The translations under genes and the position numbers were made by a program. A stretch of 64,000 nucleotides of DNA from Botryllus schlosseri (taxonomy: Eukaryota). The DNA lies in the NCBI GenBank assembly GCA_051294905.1, contig CM119372.1:17114001-17178000 (forward strand). Direction: 5' to 3'. Below, piece after piece: positions 34,993-49,600 of this stretch; position 1 is the stretch's first letter, and every line of letters begins with the position of its first letter. The notes beneath the pieces were generated by a model that had not been told where the DNA came from, ran no database searches, and was given only the letters and a program-made list of their open reading frames with translations.

Positions 34993-37803
34993 CATACGCG
35001 CCGAGTTACGGGGTGGCGGGGTGGCGAAGCGTTTATGGGGTGGCGGCCACCCCATCCAATACGATTAAACGCCAGCCGTCTGCGATTTCAAATCATCAGC
35101 GCCGTCAATTAGCGAGTCCGTAAGAGCGCGTGATTGCCAACTATTTACCATTGACCGATACGCGCGCGAATAATTGAATACGCAGCTTCGTTGGCGACGA
35201 CGAACTAGTGCTTAAAACGCCCCAATCAATTGTAATCCGTGATTAGTAATCAGACAATCGATGCAGCCTCGTTTACGGTGTCGATTTCGACACGCTTGCG
35301 CTGAGAGAAACACCATCTTCTCTCTCGACCAGACGAGCGAGGTCACGTTTTTGTTCTAATTAAATTGTATTTGCGCCCATATTCGTTTACAAAATAATTC
35401 TTGAGTTAGTTCCGTGAGTCTCTTTAACTGGAGGCTTGGAGCACGAAATAGGACAGTATGTTTGTGCATAGGCGCCGAGTTACGGGGTGGCGGGGTGGCG
35501 GGGTGGCGAAGCCACCCCATGACACGTTTATGGGGTGGCGGCCACCCCATGCAATACGATTAAACGCCAGCCGTCTGCGATTTCAAATCATCAGCACTGT
35601 CAATTAGCGAGTCCGTAAGAGCGCGTGATTGCCAACTATTTAACATTGACCGATACGCGCGCGAATAATTGAATACGCAGCTTCGTTGGCGACGACGAAC
35701 TAGTGCTTAAAACGCCCCAATCAATTGTAAACCGTGATTAGTAATCAGACAATCGATGCAGCCTCGTTTACGGTGTCGATTTCGACACGCTTGCGCTGAG
35801 AAACACCATCTTCTCCCTCGACCAGACGAGCGAGGTCACGTTTTCCTTCTAATTAAATTGTATTTGCGCCCATATTCGTTTACAAAATAATTCTTGAGTT
35901 AGTTCCGTGATAGTCTCTTTAATTGGAGGCTTGGAGCACGAAATAGGACAGTATGTTTGTGTATGCCTGCGAATTGAAAGTCATTCCTGCGCGAAGGGCG
36001 CATATTCATTACTCTAACAAGGCTTTGCCAACTTTATCGGTTGATGCAACAATGCAGCTCAAACGTCGTTCTAATGTGCAAACAATTGTCGCGATGTCAG
36101 ACTTGGAACCCCATTGTGCTGTACGCAAGTTGAGGAATTACCGATTAGAAACGCGTTGTTAATACTGCGCATTGTGCAGTGCACGGCGTTGAATTACGTT
36201 GTCAAAATTGATGCAACACGAGATTCTAGGGGGCGCAACTTCTGAATTTATTCGATTAGTTTGAGCCGGAACCTTCTATGTTCCAATAAACTTCATTCCT
36301 GGACGGACTCAATCGAGAGCAACCATATCGCGGATCGAATTTCAAACCTTTGGGATATGTATTTCTATTGATAAGGTTGCGGCATGCACCCATATTGCTC
36401 TTACTGCAATAAAACATGGATAATTGAAAGCGCACCGTTTAACGATCAAATTCGACTGGCTAATCGGTGCCTACGTAGGCCGTAGGCCCTGGGCTGATAT
36501 TAACCAGCGCGTTGTCGGCATGAAAACCCCAGGTGCGTAGGCAGGGAGTTTCTCATTTATAACTTGAAATCCCGTCATTTTGAAATGCCAATTCGCTTAT
36601 TCGTATTATCGATGCTGCGTACTGCAAATTAGCGAGAATCAGTTGTGTGCGAAATGAGTCATCGATATCTCATCTGCACTATCGTCGGTGGTTTATTTTA
36701 GCGCGTCCGCATGCAGGCCTGCTACCGTCCGGGGAAACACTTTTGCCAAACAGTAACAATCTCTGAGTGTAATATTGTTTGTGTGTATATGTATCTTTTT
36801 GATTAAAACTTATGCCCGCGTCTGAACAAATTGTGCTCGTTGCCATTGCCGAATCTGGGTATTTAGTTATGACTTTTTAGTAGGCCAATTGTAATTATTG
36901 CAGGTTTGCGGCAAGTCTGCTATTTCGTTATCAGCGCAACTTTGCCGGCCGATTGTACAGTGCGATAAAATTGATCACTACTATGTATTTCGCACAGCGT
37001 ACTGATGCTGATGTCAGCAAACTAACGATCCTTATTTGATGTATAAATTCGACCTCATCGTTAGAAACGTAGATTTCATCGCGAGCTCGGAGAACACCAT
37101 CTCCTATCGCGATTATACGTCCACCTTCTACATATTAAAGTGCATTATTTCCATCGATGAGGGCCGCAAGCCGCGTTTAAAATATTTTGTGAACCATTTT
37201 TGTGATAAATATATTCTCGGAGCGCAAAGTTGAACAGTGTTTTAGTGTGTGTGCTTGCTAGTTGGAATTTATTCCAGTGCCCCAAATATTATTTCCAATT
37301 ATACTGTGCGAACGTAAATCGGGAAATGCAGCAATGCAGTCAAAATCGATATTTTAATCAGCAACCAATTTTCGCGATTCGAGCTACTCAATGCTCAGTA
37401 AAAACCCATTGTGTTGGCGGTAAGGGATAATTACTGATTGGCCGCGCGCGTTTGTAATCATCATTCCTGTCTGTCTTTCGTGTTCCAGAATTGTCGCGCC
37501 GTGGTACTGCTCGATCCAGCGACGAATGCCGAGCGCGCGGCAATCAATGACCTAATTCCGCAATCATCTCCGCGGGAGATCGCGTTGCATTGTGTGATGC
37601 AATATGCGTGCACAGACGAATCTCGCTAAATGGTCGCAGCCCCACGTAATACTGATAATACGTCTTGTTGAATTACAATGATTATTAGCGTCAGAATGGT
37701 CATCTCAAACGGACGGGTTTTGCGTTTCAAAAGGAGGGGTTTCGACACCCCCTGGCTACGCGCCTGCCGCCACCCCGTGCAAAATGAAAAGTCGGCGCCT
37801 ATG
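34993..37803. mobile_element. hAT-like non-autonomous element with tandemly duplicated left end
   Basis: Termini cata(c/g)gcgccgag...tcggcgcctatg; TSD gtggtgac/gtggtaac. 34993-35466 is repeated at 35467-~35960. Confidence 0.85.
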
Positions 37804-39379
37804 GTGGTAACAAAACCGGCTGAAAAATTGACTTTTGTGATAGAACCGAATGACAAAAAAATTGCACCCGACATACTGCATGGTTAGATTGGTTACACGT
37901 GATATGCATGTTCTATTGTTCTTTCTCGTGCGCTGTGATTCATAGAAACTTATAGAAATGACAGCCTTTACGCCATGCACGTTATCGATATTTTTCTATA
38001 TACAGTGGAATTTATTGCCTGTAACCGATCAGTGGACAAATATTTCAGTTAAATTGGAGTCTAAATTAATTTTAGACTTTGCTTAGCTGAGCGCATCAAT
38101 AAAATATTTACCTTTCCATTGCCCAGTCGACGATTTAGCATAAAATTCAACCAATATATATTTAGAATCACGAACCAACTCGCTCGCTATAGCTCAGAAG
38201 TTACGTAACTGCAAATGGAACCAGTGGCTATTATTGAGTAATAACAAGCGAGGTGATCAGGTGACCATTGTCACTGGTGCGGAATTCAATTACGCAACGC
38301 CGTTGGCAATATAACATAACCGGCGTTTCTATAACCGCATAAGACACAGAGTGTGTACTGTACTGTACGGTGTACGGTACATACACTACAATACAAGACA
38401 CAGTGCGATGTGATGAACACTACAGTTAGGAGGTTTTCGAAATGACCAGTCACGGTTTCGCATTCTTGGATCCACCTCGTCCTAATGCCCGATGTAATAC
38501 GATGTCTTAATTTCTTTGGCGTTTCTGATACGTCATTCACCGGATCTGTCTCTGTGATTTTTTTGGTAAAATCGTCATAAGAACAGCTCCAGGATAGCCA
38601 CTGGTCATTTATAATGATAGTTTGGTGAACAAAATTAGAACAATCATTTTGAATTTTATCGAGCGGTGTCCAGACAAACCCAAGTATTTTGCGTCAATTC
38701 GAGCATCTCGTTACTCAGCCAAACTCAACAACTGAGAGTAAATATTAACACCACGTTCGTGCGTTGGTGGGTCGATCGTTATAGTACTGGACCTCAGCGT
38801 GATTCTTGGTTGACTTCGGTGTCGATTTCAATCAATTGATTCCATATCCGAGCATCACGTCATGCGTAATGATTATGATTATACGGGGATATTTAATAGA
38901 GCGAGATGTTTCGCAACCGTATTGTCACCAATCAGTACAAGGTACATTCGTAGCATATAATTCGGAATCGCATATCAATTTCGTTATTCTTTGGAGAATT
39001 CATGTAAAATTAATAAACGAACGAGTTATCGAAATGTCTTGACGTTATCGTAACGGAAATGAATCGAATTATTAAATTTAGCTGAAGCGAATCAGTGAAT
39101 GGTATAGCGGTTATGCTAGCCCTGTTATATTCAATCTTCCATTCACTGGGGCAGTGCTATTAAGATATTATATCCCGCATCATGCATTCGTTTGTGAATA
39201 TTTCCATCGATTCAAACACACCACAAACCGCAATTAAGATCGTGATATCCAAATCAACCTTTCGCTATTAGATAATATTAAATGAAGAACGTGCTATAAG
39301 TCGTGTCCATTGTACTGTACACGCAATGATAAATAGCCTGCAAAATTATCAAAAAATATGTATGTAACGTTGTTATACA

Positions 39380-39395
39380 CAGGGATATATCCCTG
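39380..39395. mobile_element. 16-bp palindromic micro-insertion with 8-bp TSD
   Basis: gttataca|cagggatatatccctg|gttataca. Confidence 0.65.
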
Positions 39396-40686
39396 GTTAT
39401 ACAGCACAAGTCGATGTGTCAAATCGATCTGGTAATCCCGCATGCTAGTGAGTCTGTATAGACCTATTACTATGGCCTATAGAGCCAACATTATACAGGA
39501 AATCCTTTCTCCAACGTTCATTTTTGAAAATCGATTGGGAGAATTTTCGGGTAATTTCTCAGTTCTTACGAATTGATTTAATTCCGTATATAGATCGGGA
39601 TTAACATGTGAAATAGTCGCTTCGATGGAGTATTCCATTTTCGTAGCCATTCTTAAATATGATTTCAACAGAGTGGGTGGTGCTTCGTGGACTGCTCTAT
39701 ATTGTATAAATTCGTGGTCGGGAAATTGAATATCCCGGACATTAATCACATTTCGGTTAGATATAATTCGTTACCTGCCAGTAACATAATGTGATCACCT
39801 GACAGTGCTACGAAGTGCGGCGTCAGCTAAGGTGGCATCGCATAGCATTACGTCACAAACGTCCGATTACTTTGTCATTTCGCACCCTATTAGGAAGTAA
39901 ACTACCACTCATGACTGCAGAGGAGTGAACTGACGCGATTGCAATCATGGTTCGTTAATAGTCATTTCGACATCCAGTGCAATGCCAAGAGGAACGCGGT
40001 GCCCTTACAGCTCACCTGGTAGAAGTAACGTACTGCCTTTGTCGGAAGGGGTCTACTTACGAATCTGGTGTTACTGTGTCGAGTTAGAACGATTACGTAA
40101 CTGTATGATTTCAGTCAGTCTATACTTTTAGTAATTTGGTCGAGACGCGTGGCCTGAAGCGACGTCTGACTGCGTCGCTATTCCTTTTGCAAGAAACTTG
40201 TCGCGCGCTATTGTATTGGGGCTAAGATGATTGGCAGAATTGATGGATTGCGAACTAGTAGAAGAACAGTAGTCATGCTTACTCGACAAGCTGGCCTCTA
40301 CAGGGATTGATACTTTAGCATGCATTTGAAGAGCCTGGTTGCCTGATTTATTGCATAATGTGGTTTCCGACCGCACCGTGACATGTGATGGGTTTTACGT
40401 CCGTATCTCTCGATTTTATACGCCGTGCGATAATAATGATCTCAAGTTTTATAATCTTGGATATAGACTTGTGTTGAATTTGTAATTTATTCCCTCGTGA
40501 AGTCCATGCGTGAAATGATAAACGGCGTTGTCACTATTCATGTATCCATGTAGACAACTTATAAGTAGATGGATTGTGGACCATTCATGATCTTCGATGA
40601 ACTTCGTTGGAAGATAATAACAATGTCGAGTCGAGAGGGCTGCACTTGATGACCGGCGTCATACTTACTAGCTGAAGCTTATATAT

Positions 40687-43600
40687 ATGACTTCGCAGTT
40701 CTTACGACGTTATTCGATGTACAATATGATAACTTTGCTGTTGCTGCTTGTTCCCGTCTCCGTCGTTTTATTGTCGCTTTTAAAGAGACGGAGGAAGCGT
40801 AAAGGGAATGAGCCGCCGTTGATAAAGGGGTGGATTCCTTGGATCGGTTCGTTGGCCGTGGTTGTCAGATCATTTGGTATATATAACCATCGGAAATCGT
40901 ATGTCGTTTCAGGCTGCGGTCTGGATTTTCGAAGAAATGCCTTGAGATTTTTACAAAATCTTCAAAAGAAACATGGCTCCATTTTTACCGTGGCAATGGG
41001 TGAGTAATATCTCAACATACGAAAACACTGCCTTTGTCAAATGTTTCACTTATTACTACATTAAATACCTATTTATATATTCCTACGTACATGCAAAGCA
41101 AATACCCTGTATTACCTTCCACCCCCTTATCGTCATATCACAAAATGCAACTAGAATGCTTGCAATCCCAACGGATAGAATGGCATGGAAGGTTATGGCT
41201 GTTGATGAGAGAATTCTCAAATCTGAAATTATGAGTATGCACAGAGCAATAACTATGAATTGAAGGTAAATCGCGCAGAGTGCGATAAAAATCTTCGATT
41301 TACCGCAGCTACGCGCCCCAGTTATTATGCTTTCACGCCACCCAGTTCGAGAACCGCTGTATAATCGGAGTGCACAAGTGGACCGGGGCCTACGTTGTTC
41401 CCGAGTGGACAGTGTGAAATTGTGTACTCTTCGGAATTGGAATTCACTCCTGCCCATAATAGGCCTAGTTACTCGCGAATACAGCCTTGTGATCGATAAC
41501 CGAGAAATGCAGCAATACAACTCACCGACTCGCGCTATCAGCGAACAATTGCCGCAATTCGACGTTGGAACTCTTGCGTTGGCGTACGAGACGGAATATT
41601 GATTAGATATCGAAGCGTGCTTTCTCGAATAGTGCTTGTAATCATCAGTTTCATACGTAATACGTATTCCCGAATTGTCACGCAATCTGTCACTTGTCCA
41701 CGTGAGTCGTGAGTGTTACTTACAGGGCGCATAGTGCAGCAGATTCTCGGAGACACAAATTGTGAATTTATTCGGGAACCTTCTGTATTCAAATAAACTT
41801 GATTGACGCCGGTCGGACTGATAACGCTATTCATAAGGTGACGAGGTGTGCTCACCGCTCGCATTGACGTAGCTGCTGTTGCTGCACTTGAATAATCACA
41901 CCATTTCACGACTGCGTGGTTCGATAATAATGAGCGCGGTGCGGATAATAAATTGAATCAGTAGTTAGGTGCTCGTGTCGTATCTCCAATGACATGTAGT
42001 AGTGACTATAACGTCACTTATCCGTAGTGGTTGTTTGTGACGCGACAAGACCAAGTCGAAAGGTTCCAAGTCACAAGTAGGGCTGGGCAAAACCGAGTAC
42101 CTGAGTGATTTGATTCTGAATCACGTAACATGCTTCGAGTCGAGTAATCGAGCATCACTAATTATGACGTCATAACGAAATGTTATACGTCAAATTTCAA
42201 ATATGTACCGTTTATGCCACCAGAAAGAATATAATGCCTCTTATATATCTAATAAATGATGCTTCGGTATTTTTTGACCATTCGATTTCATTCCACTTGG
42301 TGACAATGCTGTGGGCTAATCATGACTTTGGAAATGCGCGACGTCCAGTAACCTTCGTAGCTTTGTACTATACCTTTCGTATGCTTCGTTACCGCCAATC
42401 AAGGTTTCAAGGTTTCAACAGTAAAAATTAGTATCGAAACTATAATTCTCGTTGATGAATTAACTTCCAGTGGCGAGACGCGTATAATTTCAGTACTCGA
42501 AAAAATCTTCTTTTACTACTCGACTCAAATCATTAAATTTAATACTCGATTCAGATTCGAGTACTCGAATCATTGTGCCCAGCCCTAGTCACAAGTCAAA
42601 CCATAGTGTTTACTGTTCAGTATAGAGTTCAAGTCGGGTTCAATTCATTTCTGTGATTCTTGGGTGATATCGAAGACCTCGAATTCAAAGCACACCCATT
42701 TTTCTCACTCCAAAGATGTTTATTCAAACAGACTAGTTATTACCAGTTATAATATAGGAGACTTGTCAAGTCGTCAATGGAGTGTCATAGTAATATGACT
42801 TGATCGAGTCATGCGCAATCACTAGAGTACAAGTCGAGTCCGATTACACAAAATGACTTCGATCGAGTCGAGATATTTTATATTTTTAAGAAATGAACGC
42901 AGATGCGATGCGTATAGCGTATGCAGCGACTGGTCGAGCAACGCCTGACCCAGAGAGCGTATAATCTATTTCTTTGGCCTATAGCCCAGACTTGTTATTC
43001 AGCATGTTTCGTCACAACGGTAGTATTGTAACAACTTTGATGCTATTTCAGGTGGAAGGTGCTTCACGTTTATCACTGACGCCAGAGATTATTCCTCCAT
43101 AACGAAGATAAGCCACAAACTGAGTTTCAAGAAGGCTGTGGGGGACGTGTCCGGGCGAGTCTTTCATCTGAAAAATCATTCCGACTTGCCGAGAGGACGT
43201 GAAATTTTTAGCGAATTCCTTCACGTGAGTGTTTTGATACTCTTATCTATGGTCATCGCTGGACTGGCTAAAGTCTATCACGGTCACTGTCTGATCTATA
43301 TGCAAATTGAAAACACGCGTAAGAGATTGCGATGCAGTGTATTTGATCAGTGTCTGAATTGCAGTGATGTAGTAGGCCTACACGCAAGATCCTCGTAGCC
43401 ATGCCGTCCTGTTTTGTAAAATTGGTCCATATTTCAAGGGCAATGTCAAAAAATATTGTTCGTGACTATTTTTGATTTGGTTCTTATATTTTGTTCTATT
43501 TTCAACAATTGCGAAACAATCTTTTCTCTCGTTATCTTGGAGCTCAGTTGCAATATTATAACTTCTTGTTAAATAGGACGCCGCTGCTTATATAACACTG

Positions 43601-46600
43601 TAGATTGGTGCGCGCCACTTCAGGTCAGAATAGACTCGCAATTTCAAATATTAGCATTGTGGCGTCAAAATTCAACTGACAACAAACTACGAAAGCATCA
43701 CTATATGAACAATACAACCAGCGTTTGGAAAAAGCATGCCTTTTCAACAACCCAGATGTAGAATATACATTATGCATTATACATATACATTTATACGTAT
43801 ACATATATTTCTCGAATGCATGGTATTCAGAGACGTCAGAATGCGTCATATGTCGAACCTGAGTGCCGCGCTTACTATTACATTACGTCATACCTTTATT
43901 AGCATTCTGAGCGATTCATGTCGCCTGCGATTATTATATATTTCGTCGAAGCCCATGCACTCGAAAATAACCGAGACTGCTGGCACCTACAAGAGAGATT
44001 CAGACGTCCGGTCATTTTTTACTCCCATATGTAGTTATGTGCCAGTACCCAACAAAACAACTGTTCCGAGAAGAGATTTCAGATTTTATGAATGTCTCAT
44101 TCAACCGGATTGTCAAAAACAATTTGCGGTAAAGTGCGTAATTGAACGCCACTTACCATAATCCGGTAATGCGGCGCGTGCGGTTGGTGATATCAAAACT
44201 CAATCGAACCGGTGGCAGACGCAGCACTTCGTGAGAAGTCACGCTGGCCGCATGCAATGAATGATACTTGAGTTGTGTCGCCATCGGATTTCCTGACAAA
44301 TATATCCAGAGAATGTCATACTTTATTACACGGCAATCTGACGCCCAGAAATGGTGTGACTTGACCTTTTAAGTGTCGGTTGTATCACCTGCGAGAGATC
44401 AATGTGGTTATATGATTAAAATCAGAGGCGTTCAAAGTAGTAAACGTTACTACTCAAGTAGTAGCAATGTCGTAAAATCCTAATCAATTACAAGTAGAAG
44501 TAGCTATTTCCAAGCATTGTCAAAACTATTAGAGAGGCAGCAGAAAATTAAAATTGTAAAAATTTTCTAAAGTAATTTAGAAAGTATATAGGCTTAGTTG
44601 GTCGCGATGTGGTAAGTTATATCTATATACAGGGTTGCCATACCGTCCCTATTTCTAAGATTTGTCCATATTTTGAAGGGTCAGGTCTTAGAAAACTCAA
44701 CCGTCCTTATTTCTGAGATATGTCCTTATTTTCGACTTGCGTCCTTATTTTGTCTTATTTTCAACAACTACAGAACTTCGATCATTTTCCTCTGGTATCT
44801 GCTTTGCATAATATTCTAAAATTATGCTTTTGCGTCGAGATTTTATGACATCATAAATTAACGGAACTCCCGCGTGGCGTACACAGCACATGATTTGATA
44901 TCAAAGTGAGTGGCATAGCTGTTTCGGCTGCATCAAGCTATCGCAGCGGACGTCATTTTAGCAGTAAACAGCAGTACTAGGTTTCTGCTGTTTAGTCTAT
45001 AGCAGAATAAGCTGTGGGGAAGGCAGCATTTATTGCGTAGTGAAAAAGGGCGCAGTGCAGTCGACACTTGGGTTAAAAGTAGAAAAGTTATAAATCATTG
45101 ATAAATTTCTCCAAATTATATTGCACATATAGTTTTATCTACTACTAAGGCTAAATATGATTAGTTAAATGAGCAAGCGTAAAAACGTTTGTCGTGACGA
45201 TTGTGAGAGAGAATTCAAAGGTATCAAATGAAGCTCGAAGGGCGAGTGTTTCGCACATTGCAATATGTGCAATTGTGACATTAACCTAGACGCCATAGGA
45301 AAGACCGCTATTTCAACTCGCATTCATACCACAAAACACAAGAAGTGTTTCATTAATATTAATTCGAACCAGTCGATAAATAATTTGTTCGCAAGTCGAT
45401 CAGCATCAAAGACCACAGGCTACAAGCAGCTGCTGCGTAGGGTACCTGGGCATTCCATACTGTCAAATACCAATCATTCCTCACCAACGATTGCTCATCG
45501 CAATTGTTCAAAGCAACATTCCCCTATCCCAACATCGCAAAGAAGTTTGCTTCGGCCAGAACCAAAACTACAAGCATTGTTACTGGATTTCTTGCTCCAT
45601 ACACTCGAAGAATAATTTTGTCTGAACGTGGTGTACAGTTTTTTCCATCTCGATTAACGCCTCTAATCACAACGAGGTAAAGAAGTTTGGTTTATCATCC
45701 TATTGGGGCAACGCAAGGCCAACGTTTTTTGGGGGGTTGGGCTGACGAAGTGCTGTTTCGGCCTTGAGTAAAGCTAAACCTGGACCTGAGCTGACGTGAG
45801 ATTCATGAAGCCCTTTTTACAAACAAGGAGTTGCTGGAGCAGATTGCTTCTGGCGAAAAGGGTGGAATGAGATATGCCACGGCTCGAATAAATACAAAGT
45901 ATGATCAAAAACGCTTTTTAAATGGCAATCTAATAATTCGACTGTCCTTATTTTTGGGCCATGTTGATGGCAACCCTGTCTATATAGTCAACGTTAAAAT
46001 CGATGTTACTCTGCAAATTACATGATGTGTCCTCGCGACCAACTCGCAATTAGTGATCACTATAGGGCGAACTTATCTCGAACTGCTTTCTACTTTTCAA
46101 AGTCCAGAAGTATAAAATGTTGTGCAGAAGTGGAAGTAGCCTGAAACGTAACCACTCTAGTAAGTAATGCAGGTTAGGAAAAAACGAGGGTTATCCGAAA
46201 AAGTAAAGTGCATTCGTTATTGGCCGCCTCCAATTGAAATGCATAAATAAACAGACTGCAAACATAGCAGTGCAAATATAGCAATGCTTTTCCTTGCTGA
46301 AACTTGTTCATCACAGCTCGTTGACTTCGAAAATACAAATTTGCAATTTTATTCATGTCGATAGGGAACTGGACTGGCAGATTTGGATTCGACATCGGCG
46401 CGTATTATGCAGGAGACTATAACGAAAAAGATTTCGATCGACTGGACGCAAACAGGCTTGCTACAGCTCTGCCACGAGATTCTTTTCCCTTCCGTGTTCC
46501 GCACATTGTAAGTCCGCCACGCTGCACGTATCTGGGGGACACGCATATCAAAAATTCGGTTCTTCTCTAAAGATTCGATCAAGACGGAGACTGCGACGAT

Positions 46601-49600
46601 GCCGCGATGTCGCAAGCGATGCGCGACTTTCGGCATTTCGACAACATGTTTGTGGGAATGGCGTTGGGCACAGCTTCGGCGAAGGTTGGTTTTAGTGCAT
46701 AATTTTACATTTAATTCACGAGAATTTCCCGACCCAGTAATTTCCGAGTTAATCGTCATGATGTTAGGGCGTCTGTGAAGCCACTAATCTATGAGAGAAA
46801 TCCGAATTCTGAAGCTACGGATAGACGTGACAACACGGCGTTTCACGGCCAGCTATTGTAATATGGCGTCGGCAATCGATTATATATATGTGATGTTTCC
46901 CAAAGTATCAAATCGATAACCGCAGCAGATTTCGTGCTTCCGTGTGACGTCATTAATAGCATAATATTGCTTATTGCATATTGTATCGATCATGCGCAGG
47001 TAGGATCATCCGGTTATTCCGAGACTGTTGGAATATACAAGACTTCATTTAGATGGGAACAGTTAACAATGATCCATGTCGAATCGATATATCCTCCAGT
47101 TATCAGTGCAGTTGTCAAGGATATGTTATCCCGACAGTGGTGACGAGTCGGTAACTTTGTGGTTCCTTTCGGCCTCAATCTTCGAACCACCAGGATGTGC
47201 AGACGGAAGTAAACTCTTCCTTCTCAAACTCGACAAGTCGCGTGATTTCAGTCAACTGATATGCACACGAATCGCGAGCTGCGACATTTCGACGTGAAGT
47301 CCTTCGGATTTGCAGGGTCTTCCCCAGAGTTACCACATAATCACCCATCGCTAAGTTTCGCTCCAGTCTCGGCACCAGTGGTATAGAACTCCGCTTACAG
47401 CAGTCTGTCGTGTTTTCAGCTGGAAGCTGCTGAGAGATTGTGGAATACCTTGAATAAGTTGTCGGAGTTGGGCCGGGGACACGATATGATAAAGAGGCGA
47501 GACGAAGTGTTGCGACAGAAATCGTACGAGTCCAGAATCGGCAAAGAAGCACTCAGTATTCTCTGGGCGTCGCTGGTGCGTTTTTTCAATGTCCTCGGGT
47601 GGACGAATTAGATTAATTCTACCTTTATCGTAGAGCAATTCGGTGACAACCTTGTTCTGGGCCCTGCATTTCGTCTTGCGCGACCCATCGGCTTTACGAG
47701 ATATACGCAACGAAATCGACACCGTCCGGGCCAACAAGTGCATGGACGATTCATCGTCGGGGGATTTCACAATGAAAGAGCTAGGGCAAATGAGATTACT
47801 CGGTATGCATAACGCGTTGGATAGCATCATGCCGACATGAACGTAACGGTAACTGCGTTGTTCTAGACTGCGCTATAAAGGAGACGATGAGATTGACGTC
47901 TTCGTCAATGTCGGCGAGGCAGATTCTAGACGACGTTGAGTTCTACGCGCCCTCGGAGAAAAAGATAATCAGGTGACAAAATAAAGCTGATCGCATCATA
48001 ACGCTGATATCAGACGCTTCAGCCAGCAGCATCCTCGAATTGTGTTAAGCTACTACGTTACAGTGTTGGGATGACTCGAGTCATGACTTGACTCGAGTCA
48101 GACTCGAGTCACCTTTTTCGTATGACTTGACTTGACTCGAGTCACTTTGCTAAAATGACTTGACTTGACTTGACTCGGCGTATCAGAAATGTGGATTGAC
48201 TCGTGACTCGGAGTAAAATCTACGAGTCAATTTCAAGTCATCAAGTAATCGGTATCGATTAAAATCACTGCATCTTGCATATGGTCGGATTGTTCGCGAA
48301 AATCTTGTGTAACCCGTGAGAGCGGCCAATCATTCAATGATCGTGCGTTTTACTGAGCCTCCATTGTTCTCTCACAAATAAATTGACCGCAAATGAAGTG
48401 ATCGAAGCTTACATCTTACGTTGTCGTAAACTGGTATAGTAAAGTAATTTAATAACAAAATGTCTATTTCTGTTCTCTGTTCTTACCTTGACCAAACCTC
48501 TTGTTTTATTGAAATCTAATTCGAATATAGTTTATATAGTCCTCAACGATTGGAGCAGCCTCGAATTGTATTATATCAATTTGTAAATCGGTAATGTATT
48601 GCATCTTATCAATTCGTTTCTCAATTCTCTATTTTGGCGGTAACTATAAACTGAGGCTATGCAATTACTTACGTAGTTTAGCAGCTCTACGTATATTAGC
48701 AGCTCTACGTATATGTGAGCGATGCAGCGCCTTCTTGCGTGTATACGTGTATATTCATCATCATCATCATTGGTTTATTAGCAATTTTATCAGTTCAATA
48801 CACCACAAAATGCGATACAATGAAAAGACAGGAAGATGTCGAAGCGACAAGGAGTAGTCTATGGAATCTGACACCCACCTTGGCCTAGGCGATGTAAAGA
48901 GGAGGCATGCACACTGAATGAAAGTAAAGAAGATAGTATAGAAAAAGAATGCGACAAGAAATAGGGCGGCATGTCATGGGAAGCGAGATCGATAGGTCAG
49001 TCGTGGTCCGGTAATCTTGAGGATGGACTGTATTTATTTAGTAGTAATTGCTTGTATTTCGACTTGAATGTGGACATGCTCGTCGACTGTCTGATGGCCG
49101 GCTCTATATATTCGTTCATCGGCTCAGAATCGATGGCCACTCAATCTGTATTTCAGATAGCTAGCAAAATGCAATGACGCAATCATGCCTCATACTTCGA
49201 AAAGGCAACTTGACTTGAATTGTGACTTGACTCGTAACTTGACTTGACTTGACTCGACTTGACTCGAGTCACCTCCAAAACTTGAGTGACTTGACTTGAC
49301 TCGAGTCACCTTCGAAACCCGATTGACTTGACTTGACTCGAGTCAAAATGTGCAATGACTCGAAATGACTCGTGACTCGAAGGTAGTGACTTGATCCCAA
49401 CACTGCTACGTTATCGTATACGACTGAAGCACATGGGGCGCAGTTGCATTAAGAAGTAGGGACGTGCTGTGAAAACCAAATGGGCAATGACGCGACGATT
49501 CCGTGGCATTTTTATTGGCGTATCACCTAATATGAAATGTCGAGTGTAATTATGATGAGCATTAGCGTTGTGAAGAGGTATTGGCAGAGTGAGTTATTTC

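Noticed and set aside
39450..39485. Third micro-palindrome insertion (tatagacctattactatg)
   Set aside because: Neither the palindrome nor the flanking direct repeat is convincing.
41083..41685. 200-aa minus-strand ORF as a gene
   Set aside because: It overlaps a MITE remnant within CYP intron 2 and has no recognisable motif.
47316..47354. Alternative CYP exon 6 acceptor (ttgcag|GGTCTTCCC)
   Set aside because: In-frame TAA after 12 codons; the 47420 acceptor gives a continuous frame.
21738..47866. Short introns as an introner (mobile intron) family
   Set aside because: The seven short introns share no visible sequence similarity, TIRs or boundary duplications.
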